Of a stretch of DNA of 64,000 nucleotides, positions 40,399 to 50,430 are shown piece by piece. Numbering within the stretch: position 1 is the stretch's first letter; each line of letters opens with the position of its first letter. Position numbers and translations under genes: made by a program. The notes under the pieces were generated by a model, which was not told the DNA's origin, did no database searches, and saw only the letters and a program-made list of their open reading frames with translations. This DNA is from Hydrurus foetidus (Eukaryota), in the NCBI GenBank assembly GCA_900617105.1, contig UYFQ01000032.1, forward strand, positions 558,001-622,000, read 5' to 3'.

Positions 40399-41793
40399 TT
40401 AGCGCATCCCTGGGAAGCCGCCCATGCCGCCCCCACCCATTCCGCCCATCCCCTTCATACCCCCCATGCGCTTCATCATCTTCATGAGGCCGCCGCCCTT
40501 CATCTTTTTCATCATGTCTTGCATTTGCTCAAACTCTTTGAGCAGGCGGTTCACGTCCTGAACCTGCACGCCCGAACCCATCGCGATGCGGCGTTTGCGG
40601 GTGGCTTTGATGAGTTCAGGTTTGCGGCGCTCCAGCAAGGTCATGCTGTGGATGATGCCTTCCTTGCGGCGAATGTCTTTTTCAGCGCGGTCTACATCCA
40701 CTTCACCGGCTTTGGCCATCATTTGGGCGGGCAGTTTATCCATCAAGCTCGCTAAGCCGCCCATTTGTTTCATTTGCTGAATTTGGCTTAAAAAATCATT
40801 CAAATCAAACCCGGCACCGCTTTTGACTTTGGCAGCGAGCTTTTGCGCGGCTTCCATGTCCACGCCCGCTGTGACTTGCTCGACCAGGGCCAAGATGTCG
40901 CCCATGCCCAGCACACGACCGGCGTGGCGTTCGGCATCGAACACTTCCAGGCCGTCAATCTTTTCGCTGGTGCCTGCAAATTTAATAGGCGCACCGGTGA
41001 TTTGGCGCACCGACAAGGCTGCGCCGCCGCGTGAATCACCGTCGGTTTTGGTCAGGATGATGCCGGTCAGGGGCAGCGCGTCTTTGAAGGCTTTGGCGGT
41101 GTTCACCGCGTCCTGGCCCTGCATGGCGTCCACCACGAACAGCGTTTCGACGGGGTTCAACTCGGCGTGCAGGGCTTTAATCTCGGCCATCAAGGCTTCG
41201 TCGATCGCCAAACGGCCAGCAGTATCGACCAACAGCACGTCAAAGTAATGCTTGCGAGCGTAGTCCAGCGCAGCGCGGGCAATGTCCAAGGGCTTTTGGT
41301 CAGGCGTGCTGGGGAACCATTCGGCTCCGGCCTGTGCCGTGACCATCTTGAGCTGCTCGATAGCTGCCGGGCGGTACACGTCGCCCGAGACCGTCAGCAC
41401 TTTCTTTTTGCGCTTTTCGATCAAATGCTTGGCCAGCTTGGCGGTGGTGGTGGTTTTACCCGCACCTTGCAGACCAGCCATCAAAATTACCGCAGGGGGT
41501 TGGGCGTTGAGGTTGATGTCGCTCACGCCCTCGCCCATCGTGGCGGCCAGTTCGCGGTTGACGATACCTACCAACGCTTGGCCAGGCTTGAGTGAACCCA
41601 GCACCTCTTGGCCCAGCGCTTTTTCTTTCACGCGGGCAATGAAATCGCGCACCACCGGCAGTGCCACATCGGCCTCCAGCAACGCCATGCGCACCTCGCG
41701 CAGCATGTCGGCCACGTTAGATTCAGTGATACGGGCCTGACCGCTGATCTGTTTAACGAGGCGGGAGAGTTTGTCGGTAAGGGCGGAAGCCAT
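40399..41793 (-). CDS. ffh: Signal recognition particle protein
   Basis: ALLEADV, GLQGAGKTT, DTAGR, TKTDGDSRGG, Met/Gly-rich tail; ATG 41793. Confidence 0.97.
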   Translation of the reverse strand: MASALTDKLSRLVKQISGQARITESNVADMLREVRMALLEADVALPVVRDFIARVKEKALGQEVLGSLKPGQALVGIVNRELAATMGEGVSDINLNAQPPAVILMAGLQGAGKTTTTAKLAKHLIEKRKKKVLTVSGDVYRPAAIEQLKMVTAQAGAEWFPSTPDQKPLDIARAALDYARKHYFDVLLVDTAGRLAIDEALMAEIKALHAELNPVETLFVVDAMQGQDAVNTAKAFKDALPLTGIILTKTDGDSRGGAALSVRQITGAPIKFAGTSEKIDGLEVFDAERHAGRVLGMGDILALVEQVTAGVDMEAAQKLAAKVKSGAGFDLNDFLSQIQQMKQMGGLASLMDKLPAQMMAKAGEVDVDRAEKDIRRKEGIIHSMTLLERRKPELIKATRKRRIAMGSGVQVQDVNRLLKEFEQMQDMMKKMKGGGLMKMMKRMGGMKGMGGMGGGGMGGFPGMR

Positions 41794-41876
41794 GGGCAGT
41801 AGTCCGAACGAGCGGAACCGGGTTGGAGAGAGGAGGAGAAAGGCGGGTCGTTTGAGCAAAACGCTAAACTGTGCCC

Positions 41877-42698
41877 ATGATTTTAGCGAATGCTTACCCG
41901 AACGCCGCTCTGCTGATGTTGCCGCTGGCCTTGGCAGCTGCGCTGGCCTACGCCACGCCCGCACTGGCCTCGTCGCGCTTGAGTGTCAAATCCAGCCAAA
42001 CAGCACTCTGGTTCGCATGGTTCCTGCACGGCGTGCTATTGATTTTGGGGTTGACGGGGGCTGAACCTCGCTTTGGCTTTGGCCCCGCGCTGTCCGTCAC
42101 CGCGTGGCTGATGCTGACGGTTTACGCGGTAGAAAGTCGCTTGTTCCCCAAGCTGGAAGCGCGTTGGGCGCTGGCCGGGTTGGGTTCGCTGACGGTGGTA
42201 CTGGCCTGGGTCTTCCCTGGCTCACCCATTCGCGGCGACCGCTCGCCGTGGCTGCCGCTGCACTGGGTACTGGGCATTGCCTCGTATGGGCTGTTCGCCG
42301 CTGCGGTGGTTCATGCGTGGCTGATGAACCGGGCAGAAAAACAAATCCGCCTTGCTGCGGATCCGAACAGCGGCATCCCGCTGCTGACGCTGGAGCGCCT
42401 CACCTTCCGCTTCGCTACCGTCGGCTTTGTGCTGCTGACGGCGACCTTGCTAGCGGGTTGGCTGTTTGGCGAACATTTGTACGGTGCCGGGGCCGTCAAA
42501 GCCATGCGCTGGGACCACAAAACGGTGTTTTCTGTGCTGTCTTGGGCCGTGTTTGCCACGCTGTTGTTAGGCCGCGCGTACTTTGGCTGGCGCGGGCGCA
42601 AAGCCACGCGGGTGTTGTACGTGGGGGCGGGCTTGCTGCTGTTGGCCTATGTGGGTTCGCGCTTTGTGCTGGAAGTGCTGCTGGGGCGTGCCGTATGA
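41877..42698 (+). CDS. CcsA/YpjD-like cytochrome c assembly family membrane protein
   Basis: PLLTLE, WDHKTVFS, GWRGRKA, LAYVGSRFVLE; divergent from ffh. Confidence 0.9.
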   Translation: MILANAYPNAALLMLPLALAAALAYATPALASSRLSVKSSQTALWFAWFLHGVLLILGLTGAEPRFGFGPALSVTAWLMLTVYAVESRLFPKLEARWALAGLGSLTVVLAWVFPGSPIRGDRSPWLPLHWVLGIASYGLFAAAVVHAWLMNRAEKQIRLAADPNSGIPLLTLERLTFRFATVGFVLLTATLLAGWLFGEHLYGAGAVKAMRWDHKTVFSVLSWAVFATLLLGRAYFGWRGRKATRVLYVGAGLLLLAYVGSRFVLEVLLGRAV

Positions 42699-42961
42699 AG
42701 TACGCCCTGGTTTTATTGGCGATTTTGGCGGGGGTATGGCTTTGGCGCTCAGGACGCAGCAACCAAGCCCAGGCTACGAAGACAGCCAAGTCCACAAAAT
42801 CTACCCAGCCCCCGGCCTTGCAAGACATGGTGAGTTGCGCCGTGTGCGCGCTGCACCTGCCGCAAACCGATGCACTCCCCAGCCGCAACCGCAACCGCGC
42901 CAAAACCAGCACCGCCGTCTGGTATTGCAGCGTTGAACACCGCCAACGCGGCGAAGCTTGA
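42695..42961 (+). CDS. PP0621-family small protein
   Basis: N-terminal TM, MVSCAVCALHLP..A, YCSVEH; ATG overlaps the upstream stop. Confidence 0.85.
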   Translation: MKYALVLLAILAGVWLWRSGRSNQAQATKTAKSTKSTQPPALQDMVSCAVCALHLPQTDALPSRNRNRAKTSTAVWYCSVEHRQRGEA

Positions 42962-42962
42962 C

Positions 42963-44750
42963 GTGGCCCGCCTGAACACAGAGCGCAACAGCACCTGGTT
43001 TGACCCTGCTGAATTAGCCCTGCCCAGCGGGCAAGCACCGGATTCCGCTTTTGTGCGCCTGTGGCGTGGCTTTGTCACCGCCCGCGTGATGGTGGCCGTG
43101 CTGCTGCTGGCCCTCCAGTTTTTGCAATACGCTATGGCCCCCGAAGGCCACAGTTTGTCGTTCCTGGTGGGGTTTGTTTATCTCGCGTTGGTACTGACAG
43201 TGCGCTTCATGGCGCTGCCCGTGCCCCACGGTTCGGTGTTTGACCGCCAGTGGATGCTGACCATTGGCGTAGACGGCTTGGTCTTCGCCATGCTGCAATG
43301 GATGCAGCCCCAGTCCATCAACTACACCCCCTTGCTGGCCTTGCCCGTGCTGCTGGCTTCGGTGATGGGTTCGCTCACGCTGGCGCTGGGCACGGCATCC
43401 GCCGTCACGCTGTACCTTCTGGGTCTGGCGTGGCGTGCGACTTTCACACTCAGTTTGAATTCAGCCCCAGCTTTTTTTCAGGCGGGGCTGACGGGCATCG
43501 GTTATTTTGCGGTGGCTATTTTGGCAAACCAGTTGTCCACCCGCTTGCTGCGTGAAGAGCAGCTCACCCGGCGCAACAAGCACACCATTCGCGTACAAAC
43601 ACAGGTGAATGAGCTGGTGATTGACGCCTTGACGGACGGTGTGATGGTGGTCGATGCACGCGGTGTGGTGCGCGCCGCCAACCCTGCAGCACAGCGGTTG
43701 ATGGCCCCGAACCAGCGCGTGCTGACACTTCCGTTTGCCCTCACCGAAGAGCCCGGCTGGCTGGCCCTGCGCACCGCCACGACGGGCACTTTTTTCCGCC
43801 GCTCGCCCCAGTCCGCAGACTTGACGCTCCAGCACCAGGGCGAAGCCCCCCGGCGCGTGCATGTGCGCACCCGCTTAACCGCCAGCGAAGACAATATCGG
43901 TGAAAGCCTGTGCGTGGTCTTCATGGAAGACCTGCCAGAAGTCGAAGCACGGATGCGGCAAGAAAAAATGGTGGCGATGGGCCGCATGTCGGCCGCCGTG
44001 GCACATGAGATTCGCAACCCGCTGGCCGCTATCACCCAAGCCAATGCGCTGCTGGCCGAAGACCTGAGTGACCCGGTGCAGCAGCGCCTGAGCGGCATGA
44101 TTGGCCAAAACGCCCAGCGCTTGGCCCGCATCGTGGATGACGTGCTCAACATCGCCCACGTCCCCCACCACAGCCTCGAGCTGGCCCCCAGCTTGGGGTT
44201 GGACGAGGCGGTGGGCCGCTTCACGCAGGACTGGTGCCAGCAAAACAACTGCACAGCCAAAACCCAACTCCGCCTGCAAATGCCGGGTACAGAGGTCGCC
44301 TTTGATGCCGAACACCTGCGCCGCGTGCTGGTCAACTTGCTGGACAACGCACGGCGCTATTCTGGAAATCTGCCGGATTCCATCGTGGTCACGACCCAGG
44401 TCTACGCCGCGCCAATGCCATCAGACGCAGCATCCTCAGCCCCGTTCACGGCCCATTTGCGGGTGTGGAGCGATGGCGAGGCGCTAGACCCCACGGTACA
44501 ACTTCACCTTTTCGAGCCCTTCTTCTCGTCAGAAAGCCGTTCCAGCGGCTTAGGCCTGTACATTTGCCGCGAACTGTGCGAACGCCACGGCGCGATGCTG
44601 GGGTACGCCAGAGAAAGCCAAACACTGTTGCCCTCACGGTCAAACCAAACGACCACTGGCAACACTTTTTTTGTCGAGTTCAAATTGCACAACGTGCGTC
44701 ATGGAGACTCCCCTGATGCCCCGGCCCTCCCAGCCCACCAAGACGCTTAA
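42963..44750 (+). CDS. pilS: Sensor histidine kinase PilS
   Basis: About 6 TMs, PAS, VAHEIRNPL, NLLDNA, LFEPFFS, GLGLYIC; start uncertain. Confidence 0.85.
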   Translation: MARLNTERNSTWFDPAELALPSGQAPDSAFVRLWRGFVTARVMVAVLLLALQFLQYAMAPEGHSLSFLVGFVYLALVLTVRFMALPVPHGSVFDRQWMLTIGVDGLVFAMLQWMQPQSINYTPLLALPVLLASVMGSLTLALGTASAVTLYLLGLAWRATFTLSLNSAPAFFQAGLTGIGYFAVAILANQLSTRLLREEQLTRRNKHTIRVQTQVNELVIDALTDGVMVVDARGVVRAANPAAQRLMAPNQRVLTLPFALTEEPGWLALRTATTGTFFRRSPQSADLTLQHQGEAPRRVHVRTRLTASEDNIGESLCVVFMEDLPEVEARMRQEKMVAMGRMSAAVAHEIRNPLAAITQANALLAEDLSDPVQQRLSGMIGQNAQRLARIVDDVLNIAHVPHHSLELAPSLGLDEAVGRFTQDWCQQNNCTAKTQLRLQMPGTEVAFDAEHLRRVLVNLLDNARRYSGNLPDSIVVTTQVYAAPMPSDAASSAPFTAHLRVWSDGEALDPTVQLHLFEPFFSSESRSSGLGLYICRELCERHGAMLGYARESQTLLPSRSNQTTTGNTFFVEFKLHNVRHGDSPDAPALPAHQDA

Positions 44751-44762
44751 GAGAACACCGCT

Positions 44763-46358
44763 ATGGCTACCATCGCTCAACCGACCAACGTCCACACCCC
44801 CGCCACATCAGCGCAGATTTTGGTGGTGGACGACGAACCCGATTTGCGCACCCTGTACGAGTTGACACTGCTGCGCGAAGGCTACCAGGTGCAAACGGCG
44901 GGCACCCTGGCGGAAGCATGGGCTCAGCTCAAACTACAGCAGTTTGATGCGGTCATCACCGACATGCGCCTGCCCGATGGCTTGGGGCTAGAAATTTTGA
45001 GCCACCTGAGCACCACCGATCGCCGCGAGCGCTGCATTGTGATGACAGCCTACGGCTCGGCAGAAAACGCGGTGGAGTCTCTCAAAGCCGGGGCGTTTGA
45101 TTACCTGACCAAACCGGTTGACCTCAAGCAATTCCGCACTGTGGTGGCCTCGGCGATTCAAGGCCCAGCGGCCCACAAAGTGGCCCAAGCGGTGCGAGCG
45201 TCCTCCAAGGGCAGCAGTGGTACTGGCAACACCAACCCCACCGCCTTGTCCCGGTTGGTGGGAGAGTCAGAACCCATGCTCGCCGTCAAAACCCGCATCG
45301 CCAAAGTCGCCCGCAGCATGGCCCCCGTGCTGGTGCGGGGCGAGTCGGGCACCGGCAAAGAGCTGGTCGCCCAGGCCATCCACGGCTGTAGCCACCGTGC
45401 CAGTGGGCCGTTTGTGGCGGTGAACTGCGGGGCCATTCCTGAAAACCTGCTGGAGGCTGAATTCTTTGGTGCCAAAAAAGGCTCGTACACCGGTGCCACG
45501 CAAGACCGCGAGGGTTACTTCCAGGCGGCACGCAACGGCACTCTGTTTCTCGATGAGATTGGGGACTTACCGCTGGCCATGCAGTCCAAGCTGCTGCGGG
45601 CCATTCAAGAACGCAGCATCCGTGCCATTGGCTCCACGGTGGAAGACACGGTAGACGTGCGTATCGTCAGCGCCACGCACAAAGACCTGTCCGCCGATGT
45701 GCAGGCCGGGCGCTTTCGGCAAGATTTGTACTACCGGCTCAATGTGATCGAAATTGCCGTGCCCCCGCTGCGGCAGCGGCGTAGCGATCTGCCTACACTG
45801 TGCGCCACCTTGCTGGAGAAAATTGCCCGCGATTCGGGCATGAGCGCCCCGGCCCTGTCGCAACACCTGCTGAACCAACTTGAAACACACCCCTTGCGAG
45901 GCAATGTGCGCGAGCTGGAAAACCTGCTGCACCGGGCTCTGGCTTTGAATGACGGCTCTGAACTGGACATTGAGGTGGGCTACGGCACCTTGGGTGCCGA
46001 TCAAAGTACCGACAAACCCGGCACCGATGCGGGGCCGCTGTCGCTTGAGTCGTCTTCTCAGGCGCTTTCACCTTTGTTAACAGCCCCCCTGCCTCCTCCC
46101 CTGGGCAGCGAGCGCCGCGTCAGACTGGCCATACCTGATGATTTGCAAGCCTACTTGGATGCCCAAGAAAAGGCCATCCTGACCCAAGTGCTGCAAGAAA
46201 CCCAGTTCAACCGCACAGCAGCAGCCGCCCGTCTGAAACTCAGCCTGCGGCAAATCCGCTACCGCATTGCCAGCCTGAACATCACCATGCCCATCACTGA
46301 AGCGAGTGACACCAATGACGAAAGCATGGCGCATGAAAGCGCGGACGATGGACGCTGA
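44763..46358 (+). CDS. pilR: Sigma-54-dependent response regulator PilR
   Basis: REC, GESGTGKE, GSYTGA loop, FLDEIGD, FRQDLYYRL, C-terminal HTH. Confidence 0.88.
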   Translation: MATIAQPTNVHTPATSAQILVVDDEPDLRTLYELTLLREGYQVQTAGTLAEAWAQLKLQQFDAVITDMRLPDGLGLEILSHLSTTDRRERCIVMTAYGSAENAVESLKAGAFDYLTKPVDLKQFRTVVASAIQGPAAHKVAQAVRASSKGSSGTGNTNPTALSRLVGESEPMLAVKTRIAKVARSMAPVLVRGESGTGKELVAQAIHGCSHRASGPFVAVNCGAIPENLLEAEFFGAKKGSYTGATQDREGYFQAARNGTLFLDEIGDLPLAMQSKLLRAIQERSIRAIGSTVEDTVDVRIVSATHKDLSADVQAGRFRQDLYYRLNVIEIAVPPLRQRRSDLPTLCATLLEKIARDSGMSAPALSQHLLNQLETHPLRGNVRELENLLHRALALNDGSELDIEVGYGTLGADQSTDKPGTDAGPLSLESSSQALSPLLTAPLPPPLGSERRVRLAIPDDLQAYLDAQEKAILTQVLQETQFNRTAAAARLKLSLRQIRYRIASLNITMPITEASDTNDESMAHESADDGR

Positions 46359-46944
46359 AGTCCCTGTGCCAGCGCAAGGTACATGGAAAGACGGTTGGCT
46401 CAGCACCGCACAACACCTGAAATCGCCTAATCAAGGCACCAGACCGGCTACAGCAGCTATAGATTTGATAGTTATTCATTCCATCAGCTTGCCCCCTGGC
46501 GAGTACGGTGGCGAGGGTGTCAAACAGCTGTTCACCAACCAGCTGGACTGGTCATCCCACCCGTATTACGAGACGATTCGTGGCTTAGAGGTATCGGCAC
46601 ACTTCTTTGTTCGCCGGGATGGCGCGTTGTGGCAGTTCGTCAGCTGCGACCAACGGGCTTGGCACGCAGGCCGCTCGCACTACCGAGGGCGTGACAACTG
46701 CAACGACGACTCCATTGGCATCGAGCTTGAAGGCCTGGAAGGGGAAACCTTCGAATCAGCCCAGTACGCCACCCTGGCCACGCTGTGCGAAGCACTGGCT
46801 GCGCATTACCCCATTGCCCATGTCGCCGGCCACGAACACATTGCGCCCGGCCGCAAAGGTGACCCTGGTATTGGTTTTGACTGGCTCAGACTGCAAAGCA
46901 GCGTGGCGCTGTCAGCTCACACATTTCCGCAGATCACCGCTTGA
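46348..46944 (+). CDS. ampD: Anhydro-MurNAc-L-Ala amidase AmpD
   Basis: VIHSISLPPG, VSAHF, RAWHAG, CNDDSIGIELEG, GHEHIAPGRKGDPG. Confidence 0.95.
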   Translation: MDAEVPVPAQGTWKDGWLSTAQHLKSPNQGTRPATAAIDLIVIHSISLPPGEYGGEGVKQLFTNQLDWSSHPYYETIRGLEVSAHFFVRRDGALWQFVSCDQRAWHAGRSHYRGRDNCNDDSIGIELEGLEGETFESAQYATLATLCEALAAHYPIAHVAGHEHIAPGRKGDPGIGFDWLRLQSSVALSAHTFPQITA

Positions 46945-47025
46945 TTCACCACCAATCCGCAGCGAATTGGTGTCTTGAGCACATCCCACAAAGGCTACAG
47001 CTCGATTTAGCTTGAAAATTTGGAT

Positions 47026-48963
47026 CTAATCACCCAAGCGAAAAACTGACACCGCCTGCGCCAACCGTTGCGCCTGCTCCTGCAGGCTGGCGGCCGCAGC
47101 GGCGGATTCCTCCACCAGCGCCGCGTTTTGCTGCGTCATCTGGTCCAACTGGTTGACGGCCGTGCCGACCTCACCAATACCATCCGACTGTTCACTTGCT
47201 ACCGACGCGATGTGGCCAATGATGTCGCTAACCCGCTGCACCGAGCTTACGATCTCGCCCATGGTGCTGCCGGCGTTTTGCACCAGCGTGGTACCGGACG
47301 TAACTTTATCCTCCGACGCACCGATCAGGGCCTTGATCTCCTTGGCTGCCTCGGCACTGCGTTGGGCCAAGCTGCGCACCTCGCTGGCCACCACGGCAAA
47401 GCCGCGGCCCTGTTCCCCGGCGCGGGCCGCTTCTACCGCCGCGTTCAGCGCGAGGATGTTGGTCTGGAACGCAATGCCGTCGATAACGCTGATGATGTCG
47501 GCAATTTTGCGCGAACTCTGGTTAATGTCTTCCATCGTGGTCACCACCTGGCCGACCACGGCACCGCCGCGTGCAGCCACCTCGGCGGCCGATGCCGCCA
47601 ACTGATTGGCCTGGCGCGCTGATTCTGCGGACTGGCGCACGGTGGAGGTCAGCGCCTCCATGCTGGAGGCAGTGCGCTGCAGGTTGCTGGCGGTCTGCTC
47701 AGTGCGCACACTCAGGTCCTGGTTGCCATTGGCAATCTCAGCGCTGGCCGTGCTAATGCTGTCCACCGATGCGCGCACCTGCGACAGCGCCGTTTGGTAA
47801 CGCATGCGCATGCCTTCCACCTCGCGCACCAGGGCACCGATTTCGTCGTCCCGCTCAGATTGGAAAGAATAGGTCAGATCCCCATCGGCCACAGCCTTGA
47901 CCACCGTGGTCAGCTCGCTCAGAGGCTGGCTGACGGTGCGACGCACGGCGACAAAAATGGCAATGGCCAGCGCCACTGTAGCTAGGGCCATCAACCCCCA
48001 GATCATGACCATATTGTTCCAGTGCCGCTGCGTGGATTCGCTGTGCGACACCTCGGCAATCACCCACGCATCGCCGGCCTTGGCCTTGCGCACCAGGGCC
48101 CAGCGGCCAGTGCCATTGGCTTGCAGCAGCGGTACAGCCTTGTTCACCCGACCGTCTGAGGCTGCGGCCAGCGCATCCAGAAACTCGGCGGCCTGGGGCG
48201 AAACCTCGCTGAGCTTTTTACCGCTGGCCGTGGGGTGAACCAGGAACACCGCGTCGGCAGAGGCACCACGCAGGTCTATGACGTAGACGCCACCAGTTTC
48301 AAAAAATTTGGCACTGACCACCTGCTGGTTCAACTCGGACTGCAGCGGTGTCAGATCCCGCGCAGCGGACAGGATGCCGATCAGTTTGCCCCCCGCGGTT
48401 TTCAGCGGCTCATAGTGCGCCATATAGGGCTTGCCAAAGAACACTTCACGACCGGTGTAGGGCTTGCCGGCCAGTATGTTTTTATAAGCAGGGTGACTGC
48501 GCTCCAGTGGTGGGGTCAGCACACGTTCACCATCCCCCCTCTTAAGCGAGGTGGTGATGCGCACAAAGTCATCCCCCTTCTTCGCAAACACAGTGCCCAG
48601 GTTGCCGGTGTTGCCGGTGAAGGTGTCCACATCACCAAAGTTGTTGTTGACTGCGGCACCGTAACTCTTGATCTCGCCGGTGGCCTCGTCCTGCGTCATC
48701 GTGGCTTCAAACGATTGCTGCAGGGTCTTGGCCGCGCGCAGCACCAGATCGCGCTGCGTGTCGTCGGTGGCATCCATGGTCTTGGCAATGCCTTCTATCT
48801 TGTCAGCCACCGAATCCTGCACCTGCTGGCGCGATGTACGCCCAGCCACCAGGCTGATGGCCAGCGCCAGCAGTACCAGAATGGCGGCAATAATGCCTAT
48901 GGCGAGCAAGGTGAACTTGCGGGCGACCGATTGGGGCGGTGTGGTCTTGTGGTTGGGGTTCAT
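47026..48963 (-). CDS. Methyl-accepting chemotaxis protein with Cache-type sensor
   Basis: Two TMs, [57 protein letters not shown]. Confidence 0.93.
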   Translation of the reverse strand: MNPNHKTTPPQSVARKFTLLAIGIIAAILVLLALAISLVAGRTSRQQVQDSVADKIEGIAKTMDATDDTQRDLVLRAAKTLQQSFEATMTQDEATGEIKSYGAAVNNNFGDVDTFTGNTGNLGTVFAKKGDDFVRITTSLKRGDGERVLTPPLERSHPAYKNILAGKPYTGREVFFGKPYMAHYEPLKTAGGKLIGILSAARDLTPLQSELNQQVVSAKFFETGGVYVIDLRGASADAVFLVHPTASGKKLSEVSPQAAEFLDALAAASDGRVNKAVPLLQANGTGRWALVRKAKAGDAWVIAEVSHSESTQRHWNNMVMIWGLMALATVALAIAIFVAVRRTVSQPLSELTTVVKAVADGDLTYSFQSERDDEIGALVREVEGMRMRYQTALSQVRASVDSISTASAEIANGNQDLSVRTEQTASNLQRTASSMEALTSTVRQSAESARQANQLAASAAEVAARGGAVVGQVVTTMEDINQSSRKIADIISVIDGIAFQTNILALNAAVEAARAGEQGRGFAVVASEVRSLAQRSAEAAKEIKALIGASEDKVTSGTTLVQNAGSTMGEIVSSVQRVSDIIGHIASVASEQSDGIGEVGTAVNQLDQMTQQNAALVEESAAAAASLQEQAQRLAQAVSVFRLGD

Positions 48964-48969
48964 GCGCGC

Positions 48970-48998
48970 ACTATCGCCGCTGGGGCTGGCAGCGTCAA
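48970..48998 (-). promoter_or_regulatory. Putative sigma-70 promoter for a leaderless MCP mRNA
   Basis: TTGACG-N17-GATAGT-N6-ATG. Confidence 0.45.
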
Positions 48999-49343
48999 GG
49001 CGTTATAAGCCGCCCAAAGTCTGCCGACAGCCCATGTTTTGAGAATAGGTCAGTTCTGTTAATTGCTATTCCCAAAAATTCTCCCAACAAAATCAATGAC
49101 CTGCGTTCCTCAAAAATGCAATAAATTAAATTTATTGCACTGCCGAATAGAACGCGCGGCCGCTGGCCGGATTGGCACCTAGTGAATACACCTAGAAAAA
49201 TTAACTTCAAGTGTCGTTGAGAAGACATTTTTCGCTGCTCTCAGGCATAGCATCTACGTCTCCTGTCGTTGTGTTTCGATTACAAAACTACCGTTATATC
49301 CCGCAACAAGCGGGAGACCATAACCACACCGCTTGCTACAAGC

Positions 49344-49955
49344 CTACTTATGCTTTGGCACCCGCCCCATCAAATAAAACTCCGGATTTGGCTGCATACC
49401 GCTAAAGCTTGCCATGCGGTTTGACAGGCCAAAAAACGCTGTGATGGCAGCAATATCCCAAGCATCTTCATCGTCAAAACCGTGAGCCGCTAGCGCTGCA
49501 AAATCTGCATCGTCAATCGCGTGTGACTGCTGGCAAACCTTCATTGCAAAATCCAGCATGGCGCGCTGGCGCGGGATGATGTCGGCCTTGCGGTAGTTCA
49601 CGGCTACTTGGTCTGCCACCAGTGGTTTCTTCTCGTATATCCGCAAAATCGCTCCATGCGCCACCACGCAGTAAAGGCAACCGTTTGCCGCGCTGGTCGT
49701 GGTCACGATCATCTCGCGGTCACCCTTGGTCAGGTTGCTGGTGCGTCCAACCGATTCGGGCAGCATCAACGCATCGTGATACATAAAAAACGCCCGCCAT
49801 TCAGCCGGTCTTCGTGCAAAGCCTAAAAACACGTTGGGAATGAAGCCTGCCTTTTCTTGCACTTCCAAAATTTTGGCGCGAATGTCGTCTGGCAAGTTGC
49901 TAAGTTCAGGGACAGGGTAGCGGGGTGCACTTGTGGGAATGGATAGTGTGGTCAT
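49344..49955 (-). CDS. AhpD/CMD-family peroxidase-related enzyme
   Basis: KAGFIPNVF, DREMIV..NGCLYCVVAHGA, FFGLSNR. Confidence 0.9.
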   Translation of the reverse strand: MTTLSIPTSAPRYPVPELSNLPDDIRAKILEVQEKAGFIPNVFLGFARRPAEWRAFFMYHDALMLPESVGRTSNLTKGDREMIVTTTSAANGCLYCVVAHGAILRIYEKKPLVADQVAVNYRKADIIPRQRAMLDFAMKVCQQSHAIDDADFAALAAHGFDDEDAWDIAAITAFFGLSNRMASFSGMQPNPEFYLMGRVPKHK

Positions 49956-50194
49956 GGCGAGATGATGGTGATGCGTTTAAGGAAGTAAGTTTGAAGCAGA
50001 TAGGAAATTCAACCACATGTGGCCATGTATGGCACTGCTTGGTCCATCTGATTTAGTTTACCCAGCATCGTTTACTTGGCTGGGGCCATGAAATGGTTTC
50101 AATAACAGTCCCTAAGGGTAAACTCTGCCCCCCAAAACCCTGGCATTCAAACGGATTTCAAGAAAAAATTCGTTGACCTTCAACACCACGCGAT

Positions 50195-50242
50195 ACACTA
50201 CAGGTAGTGCTCAACAACACACTGACACCCCACATATAGCGC
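50195..50242 (+). promoter_or_regulatory. Tandem NrdR boxes upstream of nrdA
   Basis: ACACTACAGGTAGTGC (50195-50210) and ACCCCACATATAGCGC (50227-50242), starts 32 bp apart, resembling acaCwAtATaTwGtgt; TTGACC at 50173. Confidence 0.75.
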
Positions 50243-50430
50243 TTTAGAAACACTTAGATGCGGTGATGAACATTGATTTCGCATCCAAATGTATCCCCAT
50301 TCGACTCTCATTTCAGCTTCATCAACAACAGCAACAAGCCTATGCAAGGCTTCGCAGCTACCGTAAACATAGCACCCTGAACATTGCCCGCCCCCGTCAA
50401 ACTGAGCCAAACCAAGTACACCCATCCACC

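Noticed and set aside
42104..42694. 285-aa ORF overlapping the ccsA-like gene
   Set aside because: Only 42695-42961 (PP0621-like) looks real; the rest is an alternative frame.
48964..49343. Riboswitch or sRNA upstream of the MCP gene
   Set aside because: No recognisable c-di-GMP or other aptamer consensus by eye; an Rfam scan would be needed.
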